A stretch of DNA of 54,447 nt. It comes from Vicugna vicugna. Taxonomy: Eukaryota. The stretch is from assembly GCA_013265495.1 (NCBI GenBank), contig MU058844.1, positions 8,555,260 through 8,609,706 of the forward strand, written 5' to 3'. The translations under genes and the position numbers were made by a program. Shown in pieces: positions 13,036 through 23,420 of the stretch (its first letter is position 1; the number at the start of each line of letters is the position of its first letter). The notes under the pieces were generated by a model. It saw nothing but the letters and a program-made list of their open reading frames with translations. It had not been told where the DNA came from and ran no database searches.

Positions 13036-13039
13036 AATA

Positions 13040-14000
13040 CAATAACAAAAAAGAGAAAAATTTCAAAGAGGACCAGTGTTCAATTAAGCTGAATATTATG
13101 AAATTGTGTAAGACAGGTGTATATTGAAAGGTGTCCATTAGATTTACCATGTTGTAAAGAGGTTTGTTGTGACCTTGCAATTTAGAGCTTGACTGAAAGG
13201 CGGGTGAAGAGTTGAAGCAAAAGTGAGGAAGTGGAAACAGTGAATGTAAACATATTTTTAGACATTTTTTTGGCAGTAGATCTAACAGATGAGGTGATAG
13301 CTGTAGGTGGATACTTGTTATGGAATGTTTGTTTGAAGACAGGAGATAGTACAGCCTGTATGTTGAAGGCAATGATTCGTGTAGAGAAAACTGGCAATAA
13401 GAAGGAGAGAAGATAAACTCAGGAGCAAAATCTTGAGAAAGTTACAGGTTGTATGTTTCAAAGCCCAGGGTGAAGAATTGGCCTTTGATAAAAGGAGGGA
13501 CCTTTGTAAGAAAGGAAAGTCAGTGGAAGCACACTGCTCGCGTTGTGCTGTAAGCATTGCTGTGGTAGGCTTGTTGGATAGTGGGAGGATGGGGACGTTC
13601 TTGTCTGAAGGCTATTTTCTGAAGAGGTATGAAGTTTGTTGGTTTAAAGTAGGGCAATAAAGGAATACAGGAGATCTGAGGAGAGCGGGTCGAGCACACA
13701 GCTGCCAATTCCAGAGTGGGGAAACAAACTTACTAGGGAAAAAGAGTAGGATGACTAGGCAGAGCTGAGTGTTTATTTGAGGTTTAGGGTCCTGAATTTT
13801 AAGTGAAACTAGTCAGCCCGTATGTGCCTTTCTCAGCAACATTCAGCTTCTTGATGGCAGGTTTGGAGAAGGCAGATATCCGGCTCAGTCAAACCTGGAC
13901 TTTTGCCAGATGTGTGTGTCAGCAGGAGGGAAGGATTAGGAGGAGGATGTCTTCAAGAACTGCTACTGTTAGAGGTAAATGGTGTTAGAAAGGAAGTATC
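13040..14000 (-). mobile_element. L2 LINE internal fragment
   Basis: Contains gtgtccattagatttacc...gtgacctt...gtgaggaagtggaaacag and continues the L2 that ends at about 12320. Confidence 0.7.
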
Positions 14001-14575
14001 ATGGGTCCAGATAATATTTTCTTGGACAGCAAGTAGGATGTGACTCTGTGTGGTAAAAATATTTTAAAAAGAAAAAAACAAGTAACAAACATTAAAAAAA
14101 AAAAAAACACTTCTTTTCCATTCCTAAAGTGGTAATGGCCAGGGAAATTCAGCTTCCAGAAACAAATACAGTCACAAAGAATTTCAGATTAAAGAATCAG
14201 CAACCTGCAGCTTTACAAAAGAAGCCAGATGTGGTTTGGGAGACTACAATGAAGGGGAGAAAGACCTTTCTTCGAAATCAACTGAAAAAAGATTTAGTAC
14301 AAAAGGCTTGTATCTTGAGCATGCGTGTAATCATAGTCTAAGGGTAAACCTACAGAAAAGGCATTTATTTTGCTACAACTTTATGAAAAGGATAAAGAGA
14401 CCTTTAGAAAAGGTACTTAGCTCAAATTTTATGTTTCCTCAAAAATAAAGCAGTATGAATGAATGAGTGGAATGCAGGAATATGTTTTCTGAATAACGCC
14501 AACTGCTGTATATTAACTTAAGAAAAGCCAATAGTTAGAAGCCTGCTAAAGCCACAAACCCAAAAATGGACTTAC

Positions 14576-14660
14576 GGAATCTAATTTATAGGATTCTTGT
14601 CTCTTATAAATACTGCTATAATAGTGGCCCCTTCCTCTCATAAAAATCTCAAGATCAAAG
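14576..14660 (-). CDS. Candidate 85-nt internal exon (only open frame: FDLEIFMRGRGHYYSSIYKRQESYKLDS)
   Basis: Acceptor ttgctttccattcag and donor TCC|gtaagt. It ends in phase 0, which is compatible with the candidate exon starting at 10847. Confidence 0.35.
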
Positions 14661-14997
14661 CTGAATGGAAAGCAACTTTCCAATATGCATTGTTACAAAG
14701 TTAAGATATTTAACATCCTATTGCTATTTTCTTAGTTTTTTTTGTAGATTTTGTACTTTAAAAAATTATTTTCTGTACTTTTTTGGTTTTAGTACATGTA
14801 AAATGAGTTCATATTTTTTCTAAGTTTACTCGTAATCTATTTCCATTTTGCAATATTTTTCTATACGGATCTTGGGTTCCTCAACCCTGATATCTCCTAT
14901 TATGGTTTTTAAAAATGGATGTTAATGTATTTTCCAAAGTCTCATTTGGAATTTGAACCATAGTTATTATTCACAGCTGTGTGTGGGGTAAATGGGA

Positions 14998-15167
14998 CTA
15001 GGTTGCCAGGTCAAATACAAGACACCCAGTTTAATTTGAATTTCAGATAAAATTTGAATTTCAGATATTGCCTGGAACATACTTAGACTAGAACATTATT
15101 TGTTGTTTATTTGAAATTCAAATTTAACTGGGTGTCCTGTATTCTTATTTGATAATCTGACAACCCA
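14998..15167. mobile_element. MER53 palindromic hAT MITE
   Basis: Ends ggttgccag...ctgacaaccc with long inverted arms (aatacaagacacccagtttaatttgaatttcagataaa / tttatttgaaattcaaatttaactgggtgtcctgtatt). Confidence 0.88.
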
Positions 15168-15374
15168 AAAGAGGAGGGAGAGTCATTGACCTTTCCCCCT
15201 CCTGTCACTGTCCCAGTGCTGCCTCAGATCACATGACCAGGGTGTCTCAGGACACCCCAACGCTCCTAAATGTCTGAGCACAGTAGCCATCTTAGGATGA
15301 GGATTGATGCACATTAAAATGCCAACCAAGGACAGACGGAGAGAAGAGACTAAATCAATGGGTTGCAATATGTG

Positions 15375-15525
15375 GCTCAGAGTCCAGGCCCTGGGGGCAG
15401 TCAGAATCCTGTAAAATGAGGATGGTAATAATTAATTTTAGTGTTTTTACAAGGATGAAGTATAATTATGTCTATAAAATGCTTGCTACACTGCCTGGCA
15501 CACAGTGTATCATTGACTGTTATCC
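15375..15525 (+). mobile_element. MIR fragment
   Basis: Contains ctgtaaaatgaggatggtaataa...aaaatgcttg...tgcctggcacacagt. Confidence 0.7.
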
Positions 15526-16921
15526 AAAGATTAATTTCTAGTAACAGCATAAACCCTACTGTGAGACTGAAACTTAGAACAACAATGTGTACTGCTCAGA
15601 GTCAAAAGGTTAGCTTCAGTGCTGCATACACATTGTATATTTAAACTTGGCCATAAAATTTTTAAATCACATCTCTGTGTAAGATTTACAGATTTAACTA
15701 TTAATATTTATCTAGCTGTATTAAATCTCATCTTTATACAAATGAAATTCAGTAAATTAGAATTGTCTACATTAATTCCTTATGCATATCTTAATGGCTT
15801 CTCTAATTAGACTGATAGCTATTAACTTGATAAGAAACTCTTAGTGTGTCTGAGTGATGTTAATTAGGTGTGGAAAGGTAGTGAATTCGGCTCAACTTAA
15901 TTTTTCCTACTGAGGTTCATTACTGTTAATGTTTTAAACTACATTTGATACATATATAATCTTAAAAAGGATTATGAAGGGAATCAATTATCCAGGGCAT
16001 AGAATGAGTTAACCTAGCTAAAATTATGTAGAAACCAGTGTATTTAACCAGATAAAAGAGAGTTACACAAATGTCTAAAATATTATTTTTCTTGATTTTT
16101 AAAAAAATTTTCAGGATTGAATGACCTTTGCATTCTTTTGTTGAGAATGAAAATGAGTGGGCTAAAATATGTTATATTTCAAACTACTTAGGTGTTACTT
16201 TGAGCAGTGTGGGGTTTTAGAATGACCATGCGCTTGAAGCGATATTGGTGGGGAAACTCTTTGGAAACCAGTATTGCATTAACATTTTTAATAAAAATAA
16301 TTACTCAAATTGCTAAAATAGTGTGCAGTATTAAAACTACTTAATTAATAAGGAAAGAATGTCACTTCTCTACTCTATGATCTTTTGGCCAAATCCCAAC
16401 TAATGTTCAGCTTTTGCATTGTCATTCAAAATGCCAATTCATAGCTAATTGTTGCCATTTCACCCTTAGTTCTATTTGGCATTGTCAGAGGAATTATTTA
16501 AAAGTATTGAAATTCAAGATGCCTGGGGATTAAGTAGAGGAACGAATAATTTCCAGACTCAGTAGGATTCTGAAATTTCTGGCAGATGTTATTTTTAAAA
16601 GATGCATTCTTCTAACTGGATATTTTCATTTAAACTAATTTTATAGCTGATTTTGCCCAGTACATTGTAAGTTCTTGAAGGAGAACAGAATTTTCTGTTT
16701 TCTTGGGGAAAGAAAATAAACCTAATTGAAATAATGAGCTACTGGATTCATCAGATTACTTTGTTGTTATGGTAACTTCATTTTTTAAAAATAGAGAAAA
16801 TAGATGTGTTGTAAGTTTTGAGTATAAATTTTATTATAAAAATTTTCTCTCCTACAGTGCTTAGGATGTAATATAGTTATCTTTAATATAACATACTTAA
16901 TTCCATAGGGCCTACACTCAC

Positions 16922-16930
16922 GTGAGATTT
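16922..16930 (-). other. Candidate 9-nt micro-exon AAATCTCAC
   Basis: The minus strand reads T-tract-gatttcttgttttcaaatag|AAATCTCAC|gtgagt. It lies in a block of about 2 kb with no recognisable repeat. Confidence 0.45.
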
Positions 16931-17459
16931 CTATTTGAAAACAAGAAATCAAAAAAAAAAAAAAAGGAATAGTTGCCTAGATTTAAGTAAAAATATAAGA
17001 GCATATGAGACAGAAATTGTTTTTCTCCTTATATTTCCCAGAAAATGTAAGACTGCCCTGGAGTGTTGGTTTTAAAACAGATCATTCTTTAATTTGAAAA
17101 TAATCACAAAATTTTGTCTAATGATGAAAGGTAGAGTTTTCTCAAGATCTGTATCTGCTTGTCAAAGATTCCCAGTTAACTAATAGAGCACTGTGACAGA
17201 CTATTAAAATATATTTTCTTAAGCTAAACTGAATAATTAATTTTAGTGGCATCAACTTTTTTTAATCAGGTTTATTTAATTCTTCTCAATTGAAAATTTT
17301 ACCTTTTTCTCTGAATTAACTAAAAATAAAAAAAGTCACTTCTTTATCAAGATGCATTTTAGGACATATTTTACAGAATACCTAATATTAATAAAGAGTT
17401 AAAAAATTCTATAGTACATGAAAATCTCTTAATTATCCCAAACTATTAAGATCTACTAT

Positions 17460-17790
17460 TTAGTGAGTATTATTAGCAATGGGTCAAATCTTTTTCTAAG
17501 TTCCTAGGAGCACATTGATTAATACATCACAGCTTTTACCTTTAAGAAGCCTTTTACCCTTAAGAAGGCTTAAGGGGTTAAAAGACAATTAAACAGACCA
17601 TTAAAATACAAAGTGAGGTGTGATAGGAAAATAAGGGATGTTCAGAATTCTGTGGGAGCAAGGGGTACCTATTTCAACCTCAAGGGACCATGGGAGGATT
17701 CCCAGAGGATGCAATTTATAACCTGATTTCTAAAATATTATTAGGTATTAATGGAGTCATGTTGAAAAGGGGAGGACTTCAGTGAAGAGC
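17460..17790 (-). mobile_element. L2 3' fragment
   Basis: Degenerate L2 terminal pattern (tttagtgagtattatt...ataaggga...ggaggattcccagagga). Confidence 0.5.
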
Positions 17791-17944
17791 TCTCAAGGTG
17801 AATTAAAAACTTTATTGCCAGTTATGTTGCTTTCATTTGTCCTTGCTCTATACCTGAACCTAACACACTATTGTAAATCACCTACACTTCAATTAAAAAG
17901 AAAACTTTATTGCATTGCCATATTGGAATTAATGTCAAATTGTG

Positions 17945-18425
17945 CCTATGGAGAGACACTTCCCCATGGGGCTTACACATTTCTGTACATCTTGTGAGCA
18001 GACACATTGATGGCTATTTTTCTAGACTGTCTTTTCAAGGATGTATGTACAGTGAACAGCTTTGCAAGATGGAGGTAGTGTCTTCTTCTTGGAGCAAAGG
18101 ACAGGTTTGTTTATTGTCTAGTACAGTAATATCTCCCTCTGGACAGAAGTCAGGCTGGCTTACTGCACATTATCAAAGATTCAAGGTCCCTGAGCTTAGG
18201 GTTCTCTTCTGTAGTGCAATCTGTTGCATGGGTAGGCATCACGTGGCCCCCTTCACATCCCTGTTTGGGAACCCAGGTTCAGAGAACTGGCTCAAATGCT
18301 GTTACTTTCATTACTGCCATTTCTGTGAGTAATAAAATTTCTAATAGAAGTCTTGTGTCTTATGTAAGCATCTATAAACTGGCAGGCAAACTTGTTAGCT
18401 AGCAAGTAGGTTAAATTTCAGGCCA
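17945..18425 (+). mobile_element. LTR40-like ERVL LTR
   Basis: ccatggggcttacacatttctgtacatcttgtgagcaga...cttttcaaggatgt...ggagcaaagg matches the LTR40 consensus as I recall it. AATAAA at about 18331. Confidence 0.75.
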
Positions 18426-18849
18426 ATAAATGTCACAATCTCAGACTCTTTAAAATAATTAGAAAATAATTTCTCTCTATTTTCCTCCTCATAGATGGAA
18501 AAAAGAAAAAAGATTCTGTAGCTCTATTGGTAAACAAGTGGTTGCTAATTCAATACATGACTATTGTGGCTAGAACACAATGATCTATTTAGGTAAACAA
18601 ATGTTATTAGTCAGATGAAAAACTCTTGTGTATTCGAAGCTTAATAAACATTATTTGTTATAGTATTTTTTTCACAGAATAAAGTGCTTTTGAAAAAAGT
18701 GATGGAAACTATCATGAAATAAATGGAGATTATTATTGTCATAGTAACATATTTCTGCTCTGATACTTTTAAAATAAATTTTCAGAAATACTGTTTATAA
18801 AAATACATAAGCGAGAATTATCATGGAAAATATGGCTTAACAGCATCAT

Positions 18850-19935
18850 CCATTTACTCACATTTACTATTTACCTGTTGTGTACCAAGCACACAGTTTT
18901 AGATGTGAGGGATACAGAAATGACTAGCAGACAAAATTCTTGCTATCATGGAGGGAGAAAGGTAGACAGATAAGTAAGTAGACAGATCAGATCGTTGTAT
19001 AATATATCCAGCAGTAATTAATGCTGAGTAAAAAAACACATTTAATATATAGAGAATGCCAGCAAGAATGTAATACTTTTTTTAACAGAATGGTCAGAGA
19101 TGGCCTCTATGCTAAGGTAACATTTGAGTGGAGAACTTAAGAGTGGAAGGGAGCAGATCCTGCAGGATTCTGAGGAAGAAGGTTCTAGGCTGAGGCAAGA
19201 GCAAATGTAAAATCCTGAGACAGGAGCTTGCTTAGTGTACTTGAGAAGCAACAAGAAGGCCAGTAAAACTGTTAGGTAGTTAGATAAGTGGGGGCACCAG
19301 GCAGACAGGCGGAAGAGGGGAAGGATGGTCCGGAAGACGGTGTTATGCCCGCCTCCAGCATAAAAGGGACTTTACTTCTTCTAAATGAGTGCCAGCAAGA
19401 AACTGGTTAGTACCCAACAGCCACGACTTTGCGGTAGCAGAAAGGACCTAACCAGACATGTCCCAACGTTCATTGTATTATAATTAACATTGTGGTTTAG
19501 GCTCCGCCTACCTCCCCATGGGTTTTTCTGTGTAAACCATGGGTAAGGACATGTGCAAATAGGCCAAACATGACTAAGCATTCCAGGGACAAAAGCTGTC
19601 AATCAATCAAAAGACCACCTCTAAGCCAGGGTATAAGAGAAAGGGGAATAAAAAAGAGAGAAAGGGGAGACAAAAACCTTCCTTGGATCAGCCCACCTCC
19701 TGTTCTTGGAGGTGCACTTTTCCTTTTTTTTAAATAAATCTTTTAAAATCTTTCACTACACAATGCACCGTCTCCGGACTGTAAACGTGTCTTTCAGGTA
19801 TGATAAGAACCAAGGTCTTTACCTTTTAGGGTAACAAAACTGCGGGGCAAAGAATAGAGAGTTGCAAGAGAATGCGGTCAGAGAGGAGGAGAATCTGAAG
19901 TCGTGGAAAGCCTCGGGACTGTGGATTTCACCTTG
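18850..19935 (-). mobile_element. L2 3' end, interrupted by an LTR at 19270-19836
   Basis: Contains catttact...tgtgtaccaagcac...gatacag...ggtcagagatggcctct...aaatcctgagacaggagc and resumes after the LTR. Confidence 0.8.
19270..19836 (+). mobile_element. Solo ERV1-class LTR (567 bp), relatively young
   Basis: TGTTA...TAACA inverted termini, perfect TSD AAAC/AAAC, AATAAA at about 19733, and several retained CpGs. Confidence 0.9.
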
Positions 19936-20059
19936 AGTTAAAATCTTGACTCTGCCATTTACCAGCTACATGGCCCTAAAAAAATTCATCAGAGACACCC
20001 TAGACTAGTGAGTAGATCAGGCAGAGAGAAAATAAAAATACTTCAGTTCTGCCCACAGG

Positions 20060-22135
20060 TGTAGTTTGCCAAATCACTGTACATTATAATTAACTTGAGG
20101 AGAAGGGCTTTCCCATATCTGGAAAACATGGATCAAACCCGGTAATACTCCAGACAAAAACCCTAAAAATTATAACCATATTCACCCATTCATTCAGTAA
20201 CCAATTCTTCTGTTAAATTTTTATGAAGCCATCAGGTTTTCCACTAGGATTCTTTAATTTCTGACTCAGTTCAGTGATATGATCTGAAATTTATCAGAGA
20301 CCTGTACTTGTCAAAAGGTCTTTCTTATGACTCTTAATGAAGATGAAATAATGCATCTGATGCAAAAGCATCAGATTATAACAATAGCTGTCTATAAATG
20401 ACAAAAGACTTTAAAAGGCATGGTTAAACACCTAATTACAATGCAATTGATAAAGAAACTTGGTTATGTGAACGAAAAATACTGCAAACCATATCAGTAA
20501 AACAAAGAATGCTGAAACCATCAAGTCATCAGCGGCTGCCCCCACCCGCCCAATGAAGACAAGCCTGCAGCCTAGCCTCTGCAGCCACTCACAATGGTGC
20601 ACTCTGAGGGACTCAGAATAAAAAAGGACAGGCTACTGGCCCTATTTAGCCAGGTGTTTGTCAAATGAATGAATTCAGTGAGCCCAAATGTTTGCTTCCT
20701 CCCATACAAAGAAAAGCGCTAAATTCTTTAACTTGAGATGCCTAGTTTTCTTTAGTTAACAAGTAATCTTTTAATATTCCCACTACCTGGTCTTTGTGTT
20801 AAAGCTCCTATATATCCTAGCTCCTCCCCTACCTCTTCAGAGCAGTCCCTCAGAGTGATCTGAGAGGCTGTCATCTGGGGCTCGAAGGGGTTCGAGTCCT
20901 CAGAAATGTCCGCCAAATAAAACTTAACTCTCAACTTTTAGGCTGTGCGTTTATTTCAGTCTACAGTTTCAATAACTAGAACTATGACTATAATCTTAAC
21001 CCTTAAGAACCTTAATATCTGGCAAAAAACAAGAAACAAGGAATTGTGAACTGTTTATTATACCAGCATTTCCTGACTGGAAAACTTACGCTTTAGTCTT
21101 CCTCTCCGAAGCAGTTGAAGGTAGGTAAATTTAGACCAGCTCAGCAATTAATATCCCAATATTTTATTTTATTTGAAATGACCCAGATAGTCAATGAATT
21201 CTTTTCATTTAATTTGGTTTAGTTTTAAGTTACCAAAATCTGGAGAGATCATTTTACATTATACATAGACATTCCCAAAACATAATTATTCCTATAGAGT
21301 TTACCTAAAAGCTTTTATTTACATTTACTTAAAATTTCATTATATCAAGTCATTTTCCTTCCTGACCATTTTCAACAGATACAACAAGGTCGTATTTGCC
21401 CTTAGTAAACTGAGGTACAATGGAAGTATTATACTTAACACCGATGATTCTAAAGAGCTCATCCACACACCAATGTCGGCAAGCACACGGTATCACATAT
21501 ATCCATGTAGACACAGAGATCTCACAGTTTTCCTCCAAGAGTTTAAAAAGATCTTTTTCCCCCCTTTATTCTCAGGGATTAGATTAAAATTCCTGAGATT
21601 CCCAGGCAGATCGTTTACATCTCAAAGGCACAGGAGGAGAAATACCAATTCCTTCTAGAAAGCTAACTTCCTTCAACAGCAAATGCAAAATGTCAGAAGT
21701 CCCATCTTGGGCATCTTCAGGGATTTTTTTTCAGTTTCTAAGTAGCCAACTCAGTTTCAACAAATAACAGTAATAGACTCATTTACTCACATTCACATGC
21801 CTCACTTTGAGAGGAACATGAATCAGCATTCAAGGTACTAGGGCCCCCTACTGAGGCTCAAAACCAGGGAGAGGGAACAGAATTTGCCCTTGAGGCACTC
21901 TTGCACACACCCAAGATAAAAGCCACACTAGTTACAAAAAGCTCACTTTGATGTAATAGCAAAGCCATTAGGGGCATTATTCTCCAGATCTCAAGGCGTG
22001 CTAAGGCCAAATAGTGTTACAATAAAAACATTATTTTCTTTCACTTAAGGAAGCACAGCTGAAGCGCTCCCAGTTTTGCAAAATGTACCCTAGGGGAACT
22101 ACAAGATGGAAAAGACCTCTGATCACCCCAGCACC
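20060..22135 (-). mobile_element. Degenerate ERV1 (MER4-group-like) internal sequence including the 5' leader region
   Basis: Resembles MER4-group internal consensus blocks (gatatgatctgaaatttatcagagacctgtacttgtc; tttatttgaaatgacccagat). No intact ORF. Confidence 0.6.
20467..20965 (+). mobile_element. Solo ERV1-class LTR (499 bp), artiodactyl type
   Basis: TG...CA ends, TSD gtta/gttt, TATATA at about 20809 and AATAAAA at about 20916. Confidence 0.85.
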
Positions 22136-22139
22136 ATTA

Positions 22140-22680
22140 TCTCTTCTGTTTCTCCTAAGTCTGTTATGCACCACCCAAGCAACTGGATGCCCTACTGAGG
22201 GACTCAGGATGGAAACTGAAGCCTCATACCATCATCCAGGAGTGGGCTGTAGTATGACGTCCTTTGTTCCTGCTGTCAGTACCTCATTGTCTGGGCCCTG
22301 ATAGTGCTGGGCATATGCAGCATCTTTCATGCCTAGTTCTCTTAACACGTCTTGTAGTTCTCCCACGGTTTGCCAGTGGAGAGGAGGAATAGGTACATCT
22401 CCTTCACTGGGCCTGGCAGTGTGGCAGGCGGCCACTACCCAAGAGAGGAGGGAGATCATTCATTGATGGCCAGGTGTAAGCACTGCTGGAGGGCCCAGTG
22501 GCTAGTCACAGAGGCCATCTTTAACAGTTCCTGGCCAGTTAACAGAATGTCTTCCCCACTGCTGGGATACCAAAACTTTGCCTAGCTGTTAGCTCAACAT
22601 CTGTGGCTTTTCTTAACATAGAAAGCAGTAGACAGCCCAGAGCCACAGCTATCAACTTACGATCTAACTTCTTTTTTCCC
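22140..22680 (-). pseudogene. gag: Class III (ERV-L/ERV-S-like) gag remnant with internal deletions
   Basis: Minus-strand segments occur in gag order: AVALGCLLLSMLRK, EL..LGK, EDILLTGQELLKMASVTSH, SLLSWVVAA..W..V.EL..VLRELGM...QGPDNEVLT, SILSPSVG, TDLGETE. They resemble ERV-L/HERVL18 Gag as I recall it. Confidence 0.75.
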
Positions 22681-22684
22681 ATTC

Positions 22685-23119
22685 AGCTTGAAGACCAAAG
22701 AAAGTGCTGAGAGTCAGCGACAGAGACATGGATGGTTTATGGATAGGGGAATCTTACCTGTATGTTTGAAGCAAGGTCCTGGAGCGATACCCCATCGTGT
22801 CCGGTGGACGGCGGGCATGATGAGTAGGCAGCCTTAGCTCCTGAGGGGAGGGGAGGGGAGATTACTTGTCATTGGGAGAACTGATGTCAGGTTTGCTCAT
22901 TGGTTACCAGGGAAACTGGCAGAGGGGCCCACCCCTCACTGCCCCTTTGATAAGAATGGAGATGTTCTAATGTAAAGCTAGAAAAATCATTAGCTGGGCC
23001 TGGGGCAAGTACATAGGAAGGGCAGTCAGGTAAGTAAGGTGTAGGTGAGGCAGGCACTGGTTGAGCAGGGGATGTACAGAAAGCAAGAGAACAGCCATCT
23101 TGAGTGGCCTGACCACACA
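22685..23119 (-). mobile_element. LTR, probably the 5' LTR of the adjacent class III gag remnant, truncated at its 3' end
   Basis: The minus strand starts TGTGTGGTCAGGCCACTCAAGATGGC and contains CCAAT. A degenerate poly(A) signal (CATAAA, about 22741) is followed by U5-like sequence and then gag directly. Confidence 0.7.
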
Positions 23120-23420
23120 GTAGTATAAGCTGACTTTGTTTTAGGTGGGTATTTAAAGATGACAAACTAATTCGGTTTAAATAAAGTTAGTGATGTAACA
23201 GTTTAGGGTTAGTGGACATAGAGAAAGAAGGGTCATAAAGCAAAGTCTAGATAAATAAACTATGGTTGATAAGCAAGCTGCTTTCTCAGGGGAGCTATCT
23301 ATAGACTCCAATAAATTGATCTGTGGGAGTTTCCAGAAGCAAACAGTGAAGTTATTTATTGGTTCACAGATTTACTTTTTTCTCAGCAAAATGTCTTGGA
23401 ACTAACAACTAAGTCAGGCT
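23120..23420 (-). mobile_element. Old ERV1 LTR fragment (MER110/MER89-like)
   Basis: acagtttagggttagtggaca...gataagcaagctg...ccagaagcaaacagtgaagttattt resembles old eutherian ERV1 LTRs. Confidence 0.5.

Noticed and set aside
14129..14448. Plus-strand ORFs (VMAREIQLPETNT..., GDYNEGEKDL...) as exons
   Set aside because: They have no convincing splice-site pair and no recognisable homology.
17533..17575. Short tandem duplications (also at 40303-40331) and AT-only runs (42983-43025, 53270-53310)
   Set aside because: These are ordinary replication-slippage products and low-complexity sequence.
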